DNA of 64,000 bases, taken from the IMG/VR virus record IMGVR_UViG_3300045988_137643, positions 1 through 64,000 of that record. The stretch is one strand, 5' to 3'. Below the pieces are notes generated by a model that was given only the letters and a program-made list of their open reading frames with translations, did no database searches and was not told where the DNA came from. The translations under genes were made by a program, and so were the position numbers. Shown piece after piece: positions 25,318 to 35,400 of this stretch (the first letter of the stretch is position 1; each line of letters opens with the position of its first letter). The DNA is from a virus (taxonomy: Duplodnaviria > Heunggongvirae > Uroviricota > Caudoviricetes).

Positions 25318-28300
25318 ATGTCACAAAACGTAGAGTTTATCCTGTCGCTGGAAGACAAACAGTTTACAGCGTCAATCGATCGTGCGGGGAAACTGCTTAC
25401 TCGATTTGGTGAGCAGGTAACAAAGCCTGCTCAAAAAATCCAAACCTTTGAACGCTCTTTGGGTTCGGTCGCCCGTATCATTGGCGTTCTGGAAAGCAAG
25501 CTCGATTCTACGGCAGATAAACTACAGGATGTAGCTGCCGGTTTTGAGCTTGCTTCAGATGCTACGCGTAAAATGCGTGGCAACATCACCAGCCTCAATT
25601 CTGGTCTTAAAGCCCTGATTGAGCGCGTCGATACGACAACTTCTTCAGTAGATAAACTCACCGCGTCATTACGTAAAGTGCAATCAGAGCTAAATGATTT
25701 CTCTGATTGGGCGACCTATGCAAGCAAAAGCGCAAGCCGCTTTGGTACGGAGGTCAAAGAAGCCTCTGCGTCCGTGAGTGGCATGAATACGCGCCTTAAT
25801 ACCACGACGAAGCGACTCAGTAATTGGGGTGTCACAACGAGTCAGGCTGCCGAGGGACTGAAAAAGGTTCGTGAGCAGATGGACGAAGTTATCGGACGTC
25901 AGCAACTGATTAGCAAGCCGGTACGCGTTCGTACATCTGGAAGTGGCGATGGTGGTAGCGGTAGCAGGCAGCGTAGCGGCGCTTCTGGCCACAGCGGTAA
26001 AAATAACGAAGGAGGTATGTTCTCTGGCCTTCGTGGCAACATTTTCCTGCTTGGCGAGATCGGAGATGCAGCCAGAACGGTTACTGACATCATGTTTGGG
26101 TGGCAGAAGCCTATTGTTGAAGCTGCGGCCGAAATGGAACGTATGCGGGTGATGCTTCGAGGGTTGAATAAGGAGAAGTCCAACCCTGGCCAGGCTGCCG
26201 CTGATGATATGAAGTACATCGTAGACATGGCTCAAAATGCGCCGTTCGCGATGCAGGCGTTAACAGACTCCTTCGTGAAGTTTCGTTCTGCTGGCTTAGA
26301 TCCAACCGATGGTTCTCTGAAGGCGCTGGTGGACTCCGTTGCTCGTTTTGGTGGTGATAGTGAGCTGTTGAAACGTGCGGCTGTGGCCGTTCAGCAGATG
26401 TCCGGTAAGGGCGTCGTGTCAATGGAAGAGCTACGTCAGCAATTAGGTGAAGCCGTTCCTAACGCGATGCAGGCAATGGCAGACGCCGCAGGCATCACTA
26501 TGGGGGAACTAACTAAAGCCGTTGCCAGCGGTACGGTTGAGGCAAAGCAGGCGTTGTCTCTGATGTTTGTTGGTCTGCGTGCGGAGAACGAGAACGCAGC
26601 GAAAGACATGATGCAAACCTACACAGGTGCGCTGGCGCAACTTCAGACGTCATTCACGTTATTTGCTGATCGAGTTGGTCAGGCCGGATATCTGGATTCT
26701 CTATCAAAGGGGATGAAAGAACTGGCTTCAATCATGAATAGCGCCGAAGGGATTTCGTTTGCCAATTCTTTAGGTTCGGGGTTAACGACGGCAATCGATG
26801 GGTTGCGTCAGCTTGCTCAATGGTTAGCAAAGAACCAAGAGCTGGTAATTAATCTCGGTAAGGTCGTGGCCGCGATGGTTGCGTTCAAACTGATGCGAGC
26901 AGGGATCATGGGGGTAGTTGGCGCTGGCAGCCAGATGGTTAGCACCTTTGCCACGATGGCGACCGCCATACAGACTCCATTTAACCTCGGCGCTACAGCC
27001 GTAACTCGATTCAATCGTGCGGCACGTATGGGGCTGGCTCCGATCCCCTCTCTTATTTTCGCCATCCGTGGGGCGATTACGGGGCTTAAAGGCGCTTTTG
27101 CAGGATTAACGGCGTTCATTGCAGCAAACCCTATAGGGGCAGCATTTACAGTTGCCACTGTAGCTGTTGCTGGCCTAATCACGTACATGACCATGCTCCG
27201 CAGCGAAACTTCAAAGGTCGTTGACGAGATTAGGAAAATACCAGAAGCGATGACAGCGGCCAAACGTGCACAAATGGCCGACCGCGCAGAAAAGCTCGAA
27301 AAGCAGATTCTTGCTGATCAACGAGCATTAAAAACTGGTGAGGGTGTTAATTACGTATCTAACTCTGCCGGTGTTATTACTCACAAAGAGTCGAAGGCTG
27401 ACATCGAAGCACGCCTGAAAAAAAATCAGGAAGAGTATCAAAAGATAACCGGCACGATAGCTCTTGGTGACGGCGCTGTAGCAAAGCGTTTGGCTAAAGA
27501 GGCTGCCGAATCTCAGATTGAGAAAATTCGAGCGGAAAACCAGATTTTTGCGGCAACATTCGTGAAAGCCCGGCAGGAGGCTCTGGACAAGATCCAGAAA
27601 ATCAATGATGACGGTTCACTTTCAGATGACGAAAAGAACAAGCTATTGGCACCGTTACGTGAAACGGTAAACAAAAGCTATCTGGAGCCTGCGCAAAAAC
27701 TGGTTGATTCACTTTCTTCTCGTAAGAATGCGACCGAGAAGCAAATAGCGACTCTTAATGATCAGCTTGAAAAAGCCAAAAAGGATGGAAATACCGAGCA
27801 GATCCAGAAACTGCAAGGCAGTATCCGTGGTTATCAGGAGCATTTGGAAGCCGTTGCTCAGGAGCTGACTCAGGCAGAGTTCGAGAGAGATAACGCGGCC
27901 AAAACTGGTAAGGGCGTAATGTCAAACCAGGGGACTGTTCTTGGGTTAGGTACAACTGATAAAGCTGCTCAGAAGGCACTGGCGCAATATATGCGAAACC
28001 AGATGGATTCTGCGACTTATCAACGTACTTTGCCTGACGGCACTCCGATGATGGACTTCGAAGGTAAGCCGATTATTGGGCCTAAACAACTCAAGACGCA
28101 GCTTAATTTGCAGAAAGCATCCAGCGCCAGCTCTCTGGAGAAAATGAGCGATGAAGAGCGTGCCGCAGCCATTGCTGCACTAACTAAAGCTCGTGAACAG
28201 GATGCAGCAGCTGCCGAGAAAGCAGCCCAACGATCAGCTAACGCCTCGCAGCGTGCGGCCAAGAAGGAACAGGCAGCGCAACAGAAACTGGCAGCCGGAT

Positions 28301-29877
28301 ACCAGAAGGCTCTGGACAAAGCCGATCAGCTTATGGGGCAAATGGGTGAAAGCTCTAAGGCTACGGTATCGTTTGATCAGTCTCTTCGCGATACAACGAA
28401 ATCGCTGACAGATTTGGCTAATGCGGTTCCTAACGAGTTCATCACTCAAGAGATGATCGACAAGGCGAAAAAACGTCTTGAAGACCTCAAAAATGCGACA
28501 CCTGAATATCGCGAGATGTTTAATCGCCGCAATGTTGAGCAGATGATCTCCACTTGGGCACCGGAGGCGGATTCCATTATTAGTGCTGGCTATACGCCGT
28601 CTCGCGAAGAGAAAGTTGCTGATTTCGAAGACACCTACAACCGCAATCTCAAAGCGTTGATAGAACTTCGTGATAAGGCGTCTGATCCTAAAGTCGTGGC
28701 GCTTTATACAAAGAAAATCAATCAACTTATTGCTGCTGGCAATACCGCGCTTATTAAAGAGACGGGGACTGCGACGCAGAAGTTGGCACTGGAATACGAA
28801 AACCTGGCAGAGCAGATCGAAAGCACCTGGACTGATTTGTTTAGTGGCTTAACTGATGTCCTGACTGATTTCGTTATTAACGGGAAGATGAGCTTCTCCA
28901 GCCTATCTCAGTCCATTTTGAAAGATATCACCAATATGGTCGTGAAGTCGCAGATCACGCTGCCTCTAATGAACATGTTGGGGATGGGAACCACCGCAGC
29001 TGGTAGTTCACAGAGTGGTAATTTGCTGACCGGGGTTGCTTCCGCCGTTGCTAATCAAGGTGTACGAATGGGTAACACTGTTAACGGCGACAAGTCAGTA
29101 GGAGAAGCCACGAAGGAGACGTCCAGTTCGGTAACTGGATTGGGGCAAACAACACAGCAGACCACCAGCGCAATTGGCACAGCAACAAATGCGATTGGTA
29201 GCTGGGTATCAGGGCTATTTGATAGCACTGAAGCCAAAGATGCTGAGACAAAAGCAGTGAAGGACTCCATCTTCTCGATGCAGAACCTAAGCTCTGTTAC
29301 CGGCGCGCTGTCTGCCGCGTTTGCAATGCTTGGAGCTAATGCTTCCGGCTCTGGTAATAAGTGGTTGAGTTTTGGAGCAACGGTTGCATCTGGTCTTGTT
29401 TCAGCTTGGGCTGGCGGTGGTTTCGACAGCGTGACATCAAGCTCTGCTAAAACCGCAACCAGCAGTGTGGCTGACGGAACTAAAGGCATTCCTGCAATCC
29501 CGAAGTTTGCAAATGGAGGAATATTCGGAAAAGACGGCGTGATCCCGCTCCGGGCATACCAGAAAGGCGGTATTGCTAACTCGCCTCAATTAGCGTTGTT
29601 TGGGGAAGGTTCTATGAATGAGGCGTATGTTCCATTGCCTGATGGTCGAACAATCCCTGTAACGCTCAGTACCGATGGTATGAGTGGAGGAGGAAATGTT
29701 CTTTCTCCGGTATCAATTGAGATCAACGTCCATAGTGACGGTAGCACAACTGAATCCGGCGATGCAGAAAGCATATGGAACAATGCCGCTCAACGGATGA
29801 AAGCAATCGCGCTTGAGACTATCGCTCAAGAGAAACGCCCTGGCGGATCACTCAACCCAAACACTCAACGTAACTAA
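25318..29877 (+). CDS. tape measure protein
   Basis: about 1520 aa, coiled-coil-rich with hydrophobic segments, Gly-rich C-terminal part; start moved to ATG 25318 (AAGGGA RBS). Confidence 0.85.
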   Translation: MSQNVEFILSLEDKQFTASIDRAGKLLTRFGEQVTKPAQKIQTFERSLGSVARIIGVLESKLDSTADKLQDVAAGFELASDATRKMRGNITSLNSGLKALIERVDTTTSSVDKLTASLRKVQSELNDFSDWATYASKSASRFGTEVKEASASVSGMNTRLNTTTKRLSNWGVTTSQAAEGLKKVREQMDEVIGRQQLISKPVRVRTSGSGDGGSGSRQRSGASGHSGKNNEGGMFSGLRGNIFLLGEIGDAARTVTDIMFGWQKPIVEAAAEMERMRVMLRGLNKEKSNPGQAAADDMKYIVDMAQNAPFAMQALTDSFVKFRSAGLDPTDGSLKALVDSVARFGGDSELLKRAAVAVQQMSGKGVVSMEELRQQLGEAVPNAMQAMADAAGITMGELTKAVASGTVEAKQALSLMFVGLRAENENAAKDMMQTYTGALAQLQTSFTLFADRVGQAGYLDSLSKGMKELASIMNSAEGISFANSLGSGLTTAIDGLRQLAQWLAKNQELVINLGKVVAAMVAFKLMRAGIMGVVGAGSQMVSTFATMATAIQTPFNLGATAVTRFNRAARMGLAPIPSLIFAIRGAITGLKGAFAGLTAFIAANPIGAAFTVATVAVAGLITYMTMLRSETSKVVDEIRKIPEAMTAAKRAQMADRAEKLEKQILADQRALKTGEGVNYVSNSAGVITHKESKADIEARLKKNQEEYQKITGTIALGDGAVAKRLAKEAAESQIEKIRAENQIFAATFVKARQEALDKIQKINDDGSLSDDEKNKLLAPLRETVNKSYLEPAQKLVDSLSSRKNATEKQIATLNDQLEKAKKDGNTEQIQKLQGSIRGYQEHLEAVAQELTQAEFERDNAAKTGKGVMSNQGTVLGLGTTDKAAQKALAQYMRNQMDSATYQRTLPDGTPMMDFEGKPIIGPKQLKTQLNLQKASSASSLEKMSDEERAAAIAALTKAREQDAAAAEKAAQRSANASQRAAKKEQAAQQKLAAGYQKALDKADQLMGQMGESSKATVSFDQSLRDTTKSLTDLANAVPNEFITQEMIDKAKKRLEDLKNATPEYREMFNRRNVEQMISTWAPEADSIISAGYTPSREEKVADFEDTYNRNLKALIELRDKASDPKVVALYTKKINQLIAAGNTALIKETGTATQKLALEYENLAEQIESTWTDLFSGLTDVLTDFVINGKMSFSSLSQSILKDITNMVVKSQITLPLMNMLGMGTTAAGSSQSGNLLTGVASAVANQGVRMGNTVNGDKSVGEATKETSSSVTGLGQTTQQTTSAIGTATNAIGSWVSGLFDSTEAKDAETKAVKDSIFSMQNLSSVTGALSAAFAMLGANASGSGNKWLSFGATVASGLVSAWAGGGFDSVTSSSAKTATSSVADGTKGIPAIPKFANGGIFGKDGVIPLRAYQKGGIANSPQLALFGEGSMNEAYVPLPDGRTIPVTLSTDGMSGGGNVLSPVSIEINVHSDGSTTESGDAESIWNNAAQRMKAIALETIAQEKRPGGSLNPNTQRN

Positions 29878-29919
29878 CTATCGACTGCCCCGATCGGGGC
29901 AGTCTCACAAGGATGTGAG

Positions 29920-30255
29920 ATGGAAAGACAAACGTTTAATTGGTATCCAGATTACGAATCTGAAAAGAGCGTAAAACCGAATGTAACGGTACTTAATTTT
30001 GGTGATGACTACGAGCAGCGACAGGCTCAAGGTCTTAATCGTATTAAAGAAGAATGGTCGTTAACCTTTACCAGATCATACAACGAAATTAATGCAATCG
30101 ATGACTTCTTGACTGAGCGATCAGGCGTTGAATCGTTCTATTGGGTTAATCCAAGAGGCAAGCAGATTGTAGTTGTATGTGACAGTCATACGGTCAAGCG
30201 ATATCAGGGGTACTGTGTCTTAACTGCTACATTCAGACAAGTATTTGAGGCTTAA
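29920..30255 (+). CDS. minor tail protein (lambda M-like)
   Basis: 111 aa ORF directly after the tape measure gene. Confidence 0.6.
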   Translation: MERQTFNWYPDYESEKSVKPNVTVLNFGDDYEQRQAQGLNRIKEEWSLTFTRSYNEINAIDDFLTERSGVESFYWVNPRGKQIVVVCDSHTVKRYQGYCVLTATFRQVFEA

Positions 30256-30337
30256 GTATCTGGATAAGTAAGTACTAATTTACTATTATTGTGGCGCTGA
30301 CAGGATGTTAGCGCCTACTTATTTCAAGGATGAAACA

Positions 30338-31036
30338 ATGGGAATTAAAGCTGATATTCAGAGCTTATCTCCCTCTGCACTCATTGAGTTGTTCGTACTG
30401 GATATGTCGAACACAACTTCAGGGGGGAAGCTATTCTTCCACGCCGGAACAAACGAACTGATGCAACCGGTCGTCTGGCAAGGAGTGACATATGAGCCGT
30501 GGCCAATCAAAGCCTCAGGTTTTGACAAAACGGGCCAGGGAACGTTGCCACGTCCAAAAATTCAGGTATCGAACTTTGCCGGAACCGTCTCTGCGGAAGT
30601 TCAGGCAAACGACGATCTTGTTGGCTGCCGCATTATTCGCAAGATGACGCTGGCTCGCTTCCTCGATGCCGTTAATTTTAAAGACGGCAACCCAACAGCA
30701 GATCCAAACCAACATTTCCCGGATGAAATGTGGTTTATCGAACAGAAAACTCTCGAAACTCATCAGGTTGTCGAGTTTGAATTGTCCAGTGTGTTCGATT
30801 TGATGGGGGTGCAACTGCCGTATCGTCAGATCATTAAAAACACCTGCCCGTGGAAATACCGAGGGCCAGAATGCGGCTATACCGGTCCATATTTCGACAA
30901 AAATAACCAGCAGACGTCTATGTCTGGTGCGGATTACTGCACAAAACGTTATGACGCCTGTAATGCGCGTCGGAATTATTTTGCCAACGGAGTGATCCAT
31001 TTTGGCGGGTTTATTGGAGCTACGCGATATGGGTAA
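30338..31036 (+). CDS. minor tail protein (lambda L-like)
   Basis: Cys cluster CPWKYRGPECGYTGPYF..C..C typical of L-like proteins; ATG 30338 after AAGGA. Confidence 0.65.
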   Translation: MGIKADIQSLSPSALIELFVLDMSNTTSGGKLFFHAGTNELMQPVVWQGVTYEPWPIKASGFDKTGQGTLPRPKIQVSNFAGTVSAEVQANDDLVGCRIIRKMTLARFLDAVNFKDGNPTADPNQHFPDEMWFIEQKTLETHQVVEFELSSVFDLMGVQLPYRQIIKNTCPWKYRGPECGYTGPYFDKNNQQTSMSGADYCTKRYDACNARRNYFANGVIHFGGFIGATRYG

Positions 31037-31826
31037 TAAAGCAATCCCTGAGCTTGGCTCTGATGTTATGCAGCAAATCTATCTCTGCGCCATAAATCGC
31101 TACCCTAATGAAGCGTGTGGCTTTCTGGTTAGAACTAATGGCGACAAATATCGCTTTATGGAAGCGCGGAATGTTTCGGAGAACCCGCAGAACACTTTTG
31201 TAATGCACGTTGACGACATTATGGCGGCAGAGGATGCGGGTGATGTTATCGCAATCTGGCATTCACATACTGATGAATCAGCAGAAGCATCTGATGCCGA
31301 TCGTGCAGGCTGCGAAGCGACGGAAGTTCCGTGGATGATTCTGGCTATTCGCAAGAATGTTGAGGGAGATGCCCCTTTCCATTTTAGCGAGATGAATGTG
31401 ATCACACCTGATGGTTTCGAAATGCCATACCTGGGCAGACCGTATGTATTTGGCGTATTCGATTGCTGGATGTTGTGTCGGGACTATTTGAAGCGTGAGT
31501 TTAACGTCGAACTAAACCCGAACGCACACCTGCATATTCCATCGTGGTACACCGGCGATAACGACATTCTAGACCAGAACTACCGAAACGAAGGATTGGT
31601 GCGTCTTGCGCCCGGAACAGAGCCTCAACGTGGGGACATCTTCTTTATCCAATACGGGAAAATGCCTGACCACTGCGCGGTTTATATCGGCGATGGAATG
31701 ATTCTTCATCACCAGATCGACCGCCTAAGTTGTCGTGCTTATTACGGCGGGATGTATCAGAAACATACGACGCATCACTTGCGTCACAGAGACTTGCTCA
31801 AGGGAGATGAGACGTGTCTGAGTTAG
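31029..31826 (+). CDS. tail protein with JAB/MPN and NlpC/P60-like motifs (lambda K-like)
   Basis: AIWHSHTDESAEASDAD (HxH...D JAMM-like) and GVFDCWMLCRDY (Cys-peptidase-like). Confidence 0.7.
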   Translation: MGNKAIPELGSDVMQQIYLCAINRYPNEACGFLVRTNGDKYRFMEARNVSENPQNTFVMHVDDIMAAEDAGDVIAIWHSHTDESAEASDADRAGCEATEVPWMILAIRKNVEGDAPFHFSEMNVITPDGFEMPYLGRPYVFGVFDCWMLCRDYLKREFNVELNPNAHLHIPSWYTGDNDILDQNYRNEGLVRLAPGTEPQRGDIFFIQYGKMPDHCAVYIGDGMILHHQIDRLSCRAYYGGMYQKHTTHHLRHRDLLKGDETCLS

Positions 31827-32404
31827 TTCATGTGCAGCTTGGCGGCCCTATGGCCAAACATTTTGGCCGCCACTGGCATCTAAAGGTGCGCAATACAAAA
31901 CAGGCTCTGGATTTAATTGAGGCCAACAAGCCGGGGTTTAAAGCATGGATGAAGCGCAATATCAAAACCTATGACAGATACCACATCCAGATCACCAATA
32001 AACAGGGCCACAAGTGGTCTGTGGACGAGAGTGAATATCAGATGATGGGGCAGTCTGACAACATTGCCAAAATCCGCATTACCCCTGTTCCGCGAGGAAG
32101 TGGCGGATCTGCTTTTGGATGGTTTCAGACGGTTGTTGGAGCAGTGTTAATGGTTGCCTCGATATGGGTGCCCGCTCTTGCGCCTCTCGGTTTGTCACTG
32201 ATGATGGGTGGTATAGCGCAAATCATATCTCCGCAAGCCACTAACGAAAGTGTGAGGCAGGCGGATAACTCGAACTCTTATTACTTCGATGGACCTCAAA
32301 ACACAACAAACCAGGGGAACCCTGTACAGCTTATCTATGGTGAGGAAATTTTAGTTGGCTCACAGGTCGTGAGTTCTTCTATCACCATCGACCAGCTTAT
32401 GTAA
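31814..32404 (+). CDS. tail assembly protein (lambda I-like)
   Basis: position; C-terminal hydrophobic segment; GTG start after GGGAG RBS. Confidence 0.6.
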   Translation: MSELVHVQLGGPMAKHFGRHWHLKVRNTKQALDLIEANKPGFKAWMKRNIKTYDRYHIQITNKQGHKWSVDESEYQMMGQSDNIAKIRITPVPRGSGGSAFGWFQTVVGAVLMVASIWVPALAPLGLSLMMGGIAQIISPQATNESVRQADNSNSYYFDGPQNTTNQGNPVQLIYGEEILVGSQVVSSSITIDQLM

Positions 32405-32421
32405 TCAAGGATTTTTTGGAC

Positions 32422-35400
32422 ATGGAACAGTTCAAGAAGAAAAAATTACCGCTTCTTATTGCCGGTGCTGGTGGCAAGAAAAGTAAAAGCTCCAGCCGTA
32501 CTCCGGTTGAAGCTGATGATACTGTCAATTCTCGTGCTATGGCAGCCATCCTCGACCTTCTTGGCGAGGGGGTTATCGGTGGCCTGGTAAATGGCGCAAA
32601 GTCGATCTTCATCGACGATTTACCGATCTTGAATGAAGATGGCTCTTCCAACTTCAGCGGTATTACATGGGATTTTCGTGACGGCTCACAAGACCAGACG
32701 CCAATGGCTGGTTTTGATTTTGTCGAAACGCCTAAGTCCGTAAATATTCAGCTTAAAAAAACACACGACGTTACGGTTTCAATCGATAACGATGAAGCTG
32801 ATCGCGTTCGTGTCATCATGAAATTCCCATCTTTACGTAGCGTTGATAAAAGCTCTGGCGATACAAATGGCACTACGGTGAAGTACAAATTCCAGATCGC
32901 CAACGGAGACGCAACATTTTCTGATGTAGTGGCAGAAGGTGAGAAAAGCGTTGATATCACGCTAACGGCAAAGAAAACCGGCGTGTATTACCGTAGCTAT
33001 GAGCTGAAACTGCCTAAGCCTGGTCGTGCATACAAGGTTAGGGTGATTCGTCTTACAGATGATAACAGTAGCCAGTACCTCTACAACGACACATGGGTTG
33101 ATTCCATCGGTGAGATTGTCGACACGCCAATGAACTACCCTAACTCAGCTCTTGTTGGCTTGAAGGTCAATTCAGAGCAGTTTGGTAGCACAATGCCTTC
33201 CCGTTCGTATTTGGTGCGCGGTATCAAAATCCGAGTACCGTCAAACTACAACGAATACACCAATACTTATGTCGGCGTATGGGACGGTACTTTTAAGCTG
33301 TTGTCTTCTTCAAACCCTGCGTGGATTCTCTACGATTTGCTTACCAATACTCGGTATGGTCTTGGGCAATTTGTGTCGGAATCCATGATTGACCTCGGCC
33401 AGCTCTACCAGATTGGTCGATATTGTGACGAAGAGGTCGATGATGGCTTTGGGGGTAAAGAGAAACGCTTTGCAATCAATACGCAGATCACCAGTCGACA
33501 AGACGCATACCGATTAATTCAGGATATTGCCGGTGCATTCCGCGGCATGGTGTTTTGGGCTGGTGGCATGGTTAACATCATGCAGGATAGCCCATCAGAT
33601 CCGGTAATGATGTTTACCAACTCCAACGTCAAAGATGGACTATTTACCTATAAAGGTTCTGCGCGTAAAGATCGCCCATCCGTTGCGCTCGTAACCTACA
33701 ACAACAAGGAGGACGGTTATAAGCAAAACATCGAGTACGTTGAAGATCAGGACGCAATGCGCCGTTATGGTGAGCGTAAAACAGAAGTCGTAGCATTTGG
33801 ATGTACAAGCCGAGGCCAGGCTCACCGAGTTGGTTTGTGGCTTTTGTATACCGCCAGAATGGAGTCGGATGTAATTACATTTACTGCCGGCTTAGACGCC
33901 TCATTTCTGATGCCCGGTGAAACCGTTCTGATTCAGAACAAATATCGTGCAGGTAAACGTAACTCCGGTCGAATTGTGGAGTTTACCAAAAACAGCATCA
34001 CTCTCGATGCGCCTGTGTCGTTAGCTAAAAGCGGCAGCTTTATTCGGATATTGAATCAGGAAGGCAAAATCGTTGAACGCGATGTTCTTGAAACTGGCGA
34101 AAACATAACAAAGGTTACGTTTTCAAAAGCTCTGTCGTCAGCGGAAACGCCTGTTTTGAACGGTGTCTGGACAATTACAGAACCAGATCTCGAACCTATG
34201 CGCGTTCGCATCGTTAACATCGCGCAGGGGGAAACGCCGGGTAGCTTTGACATCACCGCTGTTGAGAACAATCCGTCTAAATATGAGGCAATCGACAATG
34301 GTGCAACGCTTATCCCGCAGAATACGACGGTATTGGACCCGACTTACTCTAAGCCATCTAATTTGCAAATCACTGAAGGGACTTACCTCTCAAGCCCGGG
34401 AAACCTGTCAGTAAAACTGACTGCAACATGGGAAGGGAAATCTCCAGAGTATTGGATCAGTTGGCGACGTTCTGATGAAAACAATGTATCGAACTGGCAA
34501 TCGGCGCGTGTAACCGAAGAGCAATACGAAATCGTTAATGTAGCGGAGAATGGACGCTACGACTTCCAACTGTATGCGGTTTCATTCAACGGTAAAAAAA
34601 CAGAAATTATCAGTACCGTTTATCAGGTGCTGGGAACAATGACACCGCCGGATGCACCAACGTCATTAACGGCCGTTGGAGACTATCGTAATGTGATACT
34701 GAATTGGGTTAATCCAGATTCGGTAGACCTTGATCACATTAATGTTTACGCATCCCAGACCAACAATCTGGATACGGCGAAACTGATCGCAGAGTCTGCA
34801 AGCACCACCTTTACACATGCTGGTCTTGGGGATAGCGAAACGTGGTATTACTGGGTTCGAGCATCGAACAAGCGAGGTATGTTAAGCCCTCCGAACTCAA
34901 ACTTGGGTACAGAGGCGACAACTCGCGATGTACTGTCGTTCCTGGCTGGCAAAATTACATCTTCCGAGCTTGGTCAGGCTCTGCTTGAGGACATCAACAG
35001 CAAAGCCTCTCAAGAAGCAGTTGACGAGTTAAATGAGCATATCAACCAGAGCGTCGAATCTTTGGAGGGGTCGGTAAACGACGTTAAGGAAGATATAGCT
35101 GAATTAGATAAGCAGTTCAGCGATAACCTCGCGGATTTTGAAATAAAATTCAACGAGCGTAGCGATGCTTTGGAGAACGCACAAACCGAACTTAAAGGTG
35201 AGGTTTCGGCAACGATCGACAAGGTCAATGAAGCGTTTGAAAAAATTGATGCTACTGATGCTGCAATTGTTGAAATCGAAAACACCGTATCTGAACACGA
35301 TAAAGCTCTCGCTAATACAGTCGAGGCAATAAAGGCTGCAAGAGATGAAGCAGCAGCTCTTATTGCTAAGGAAAGCGAGGCTCGTGTTGAAGGCGATGCT

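Noticed and set aside
25431-29489. Antisense and alternative-frame ORFs inside the tape measure gene (for example 25690..26235, 26817..27263, 28234..28725, 29055..29489)
   Set aside because: Embedded in a long, well-supported coding frame; compositions are typical of shadow ORFs in coiled-coil-encoding DNA.
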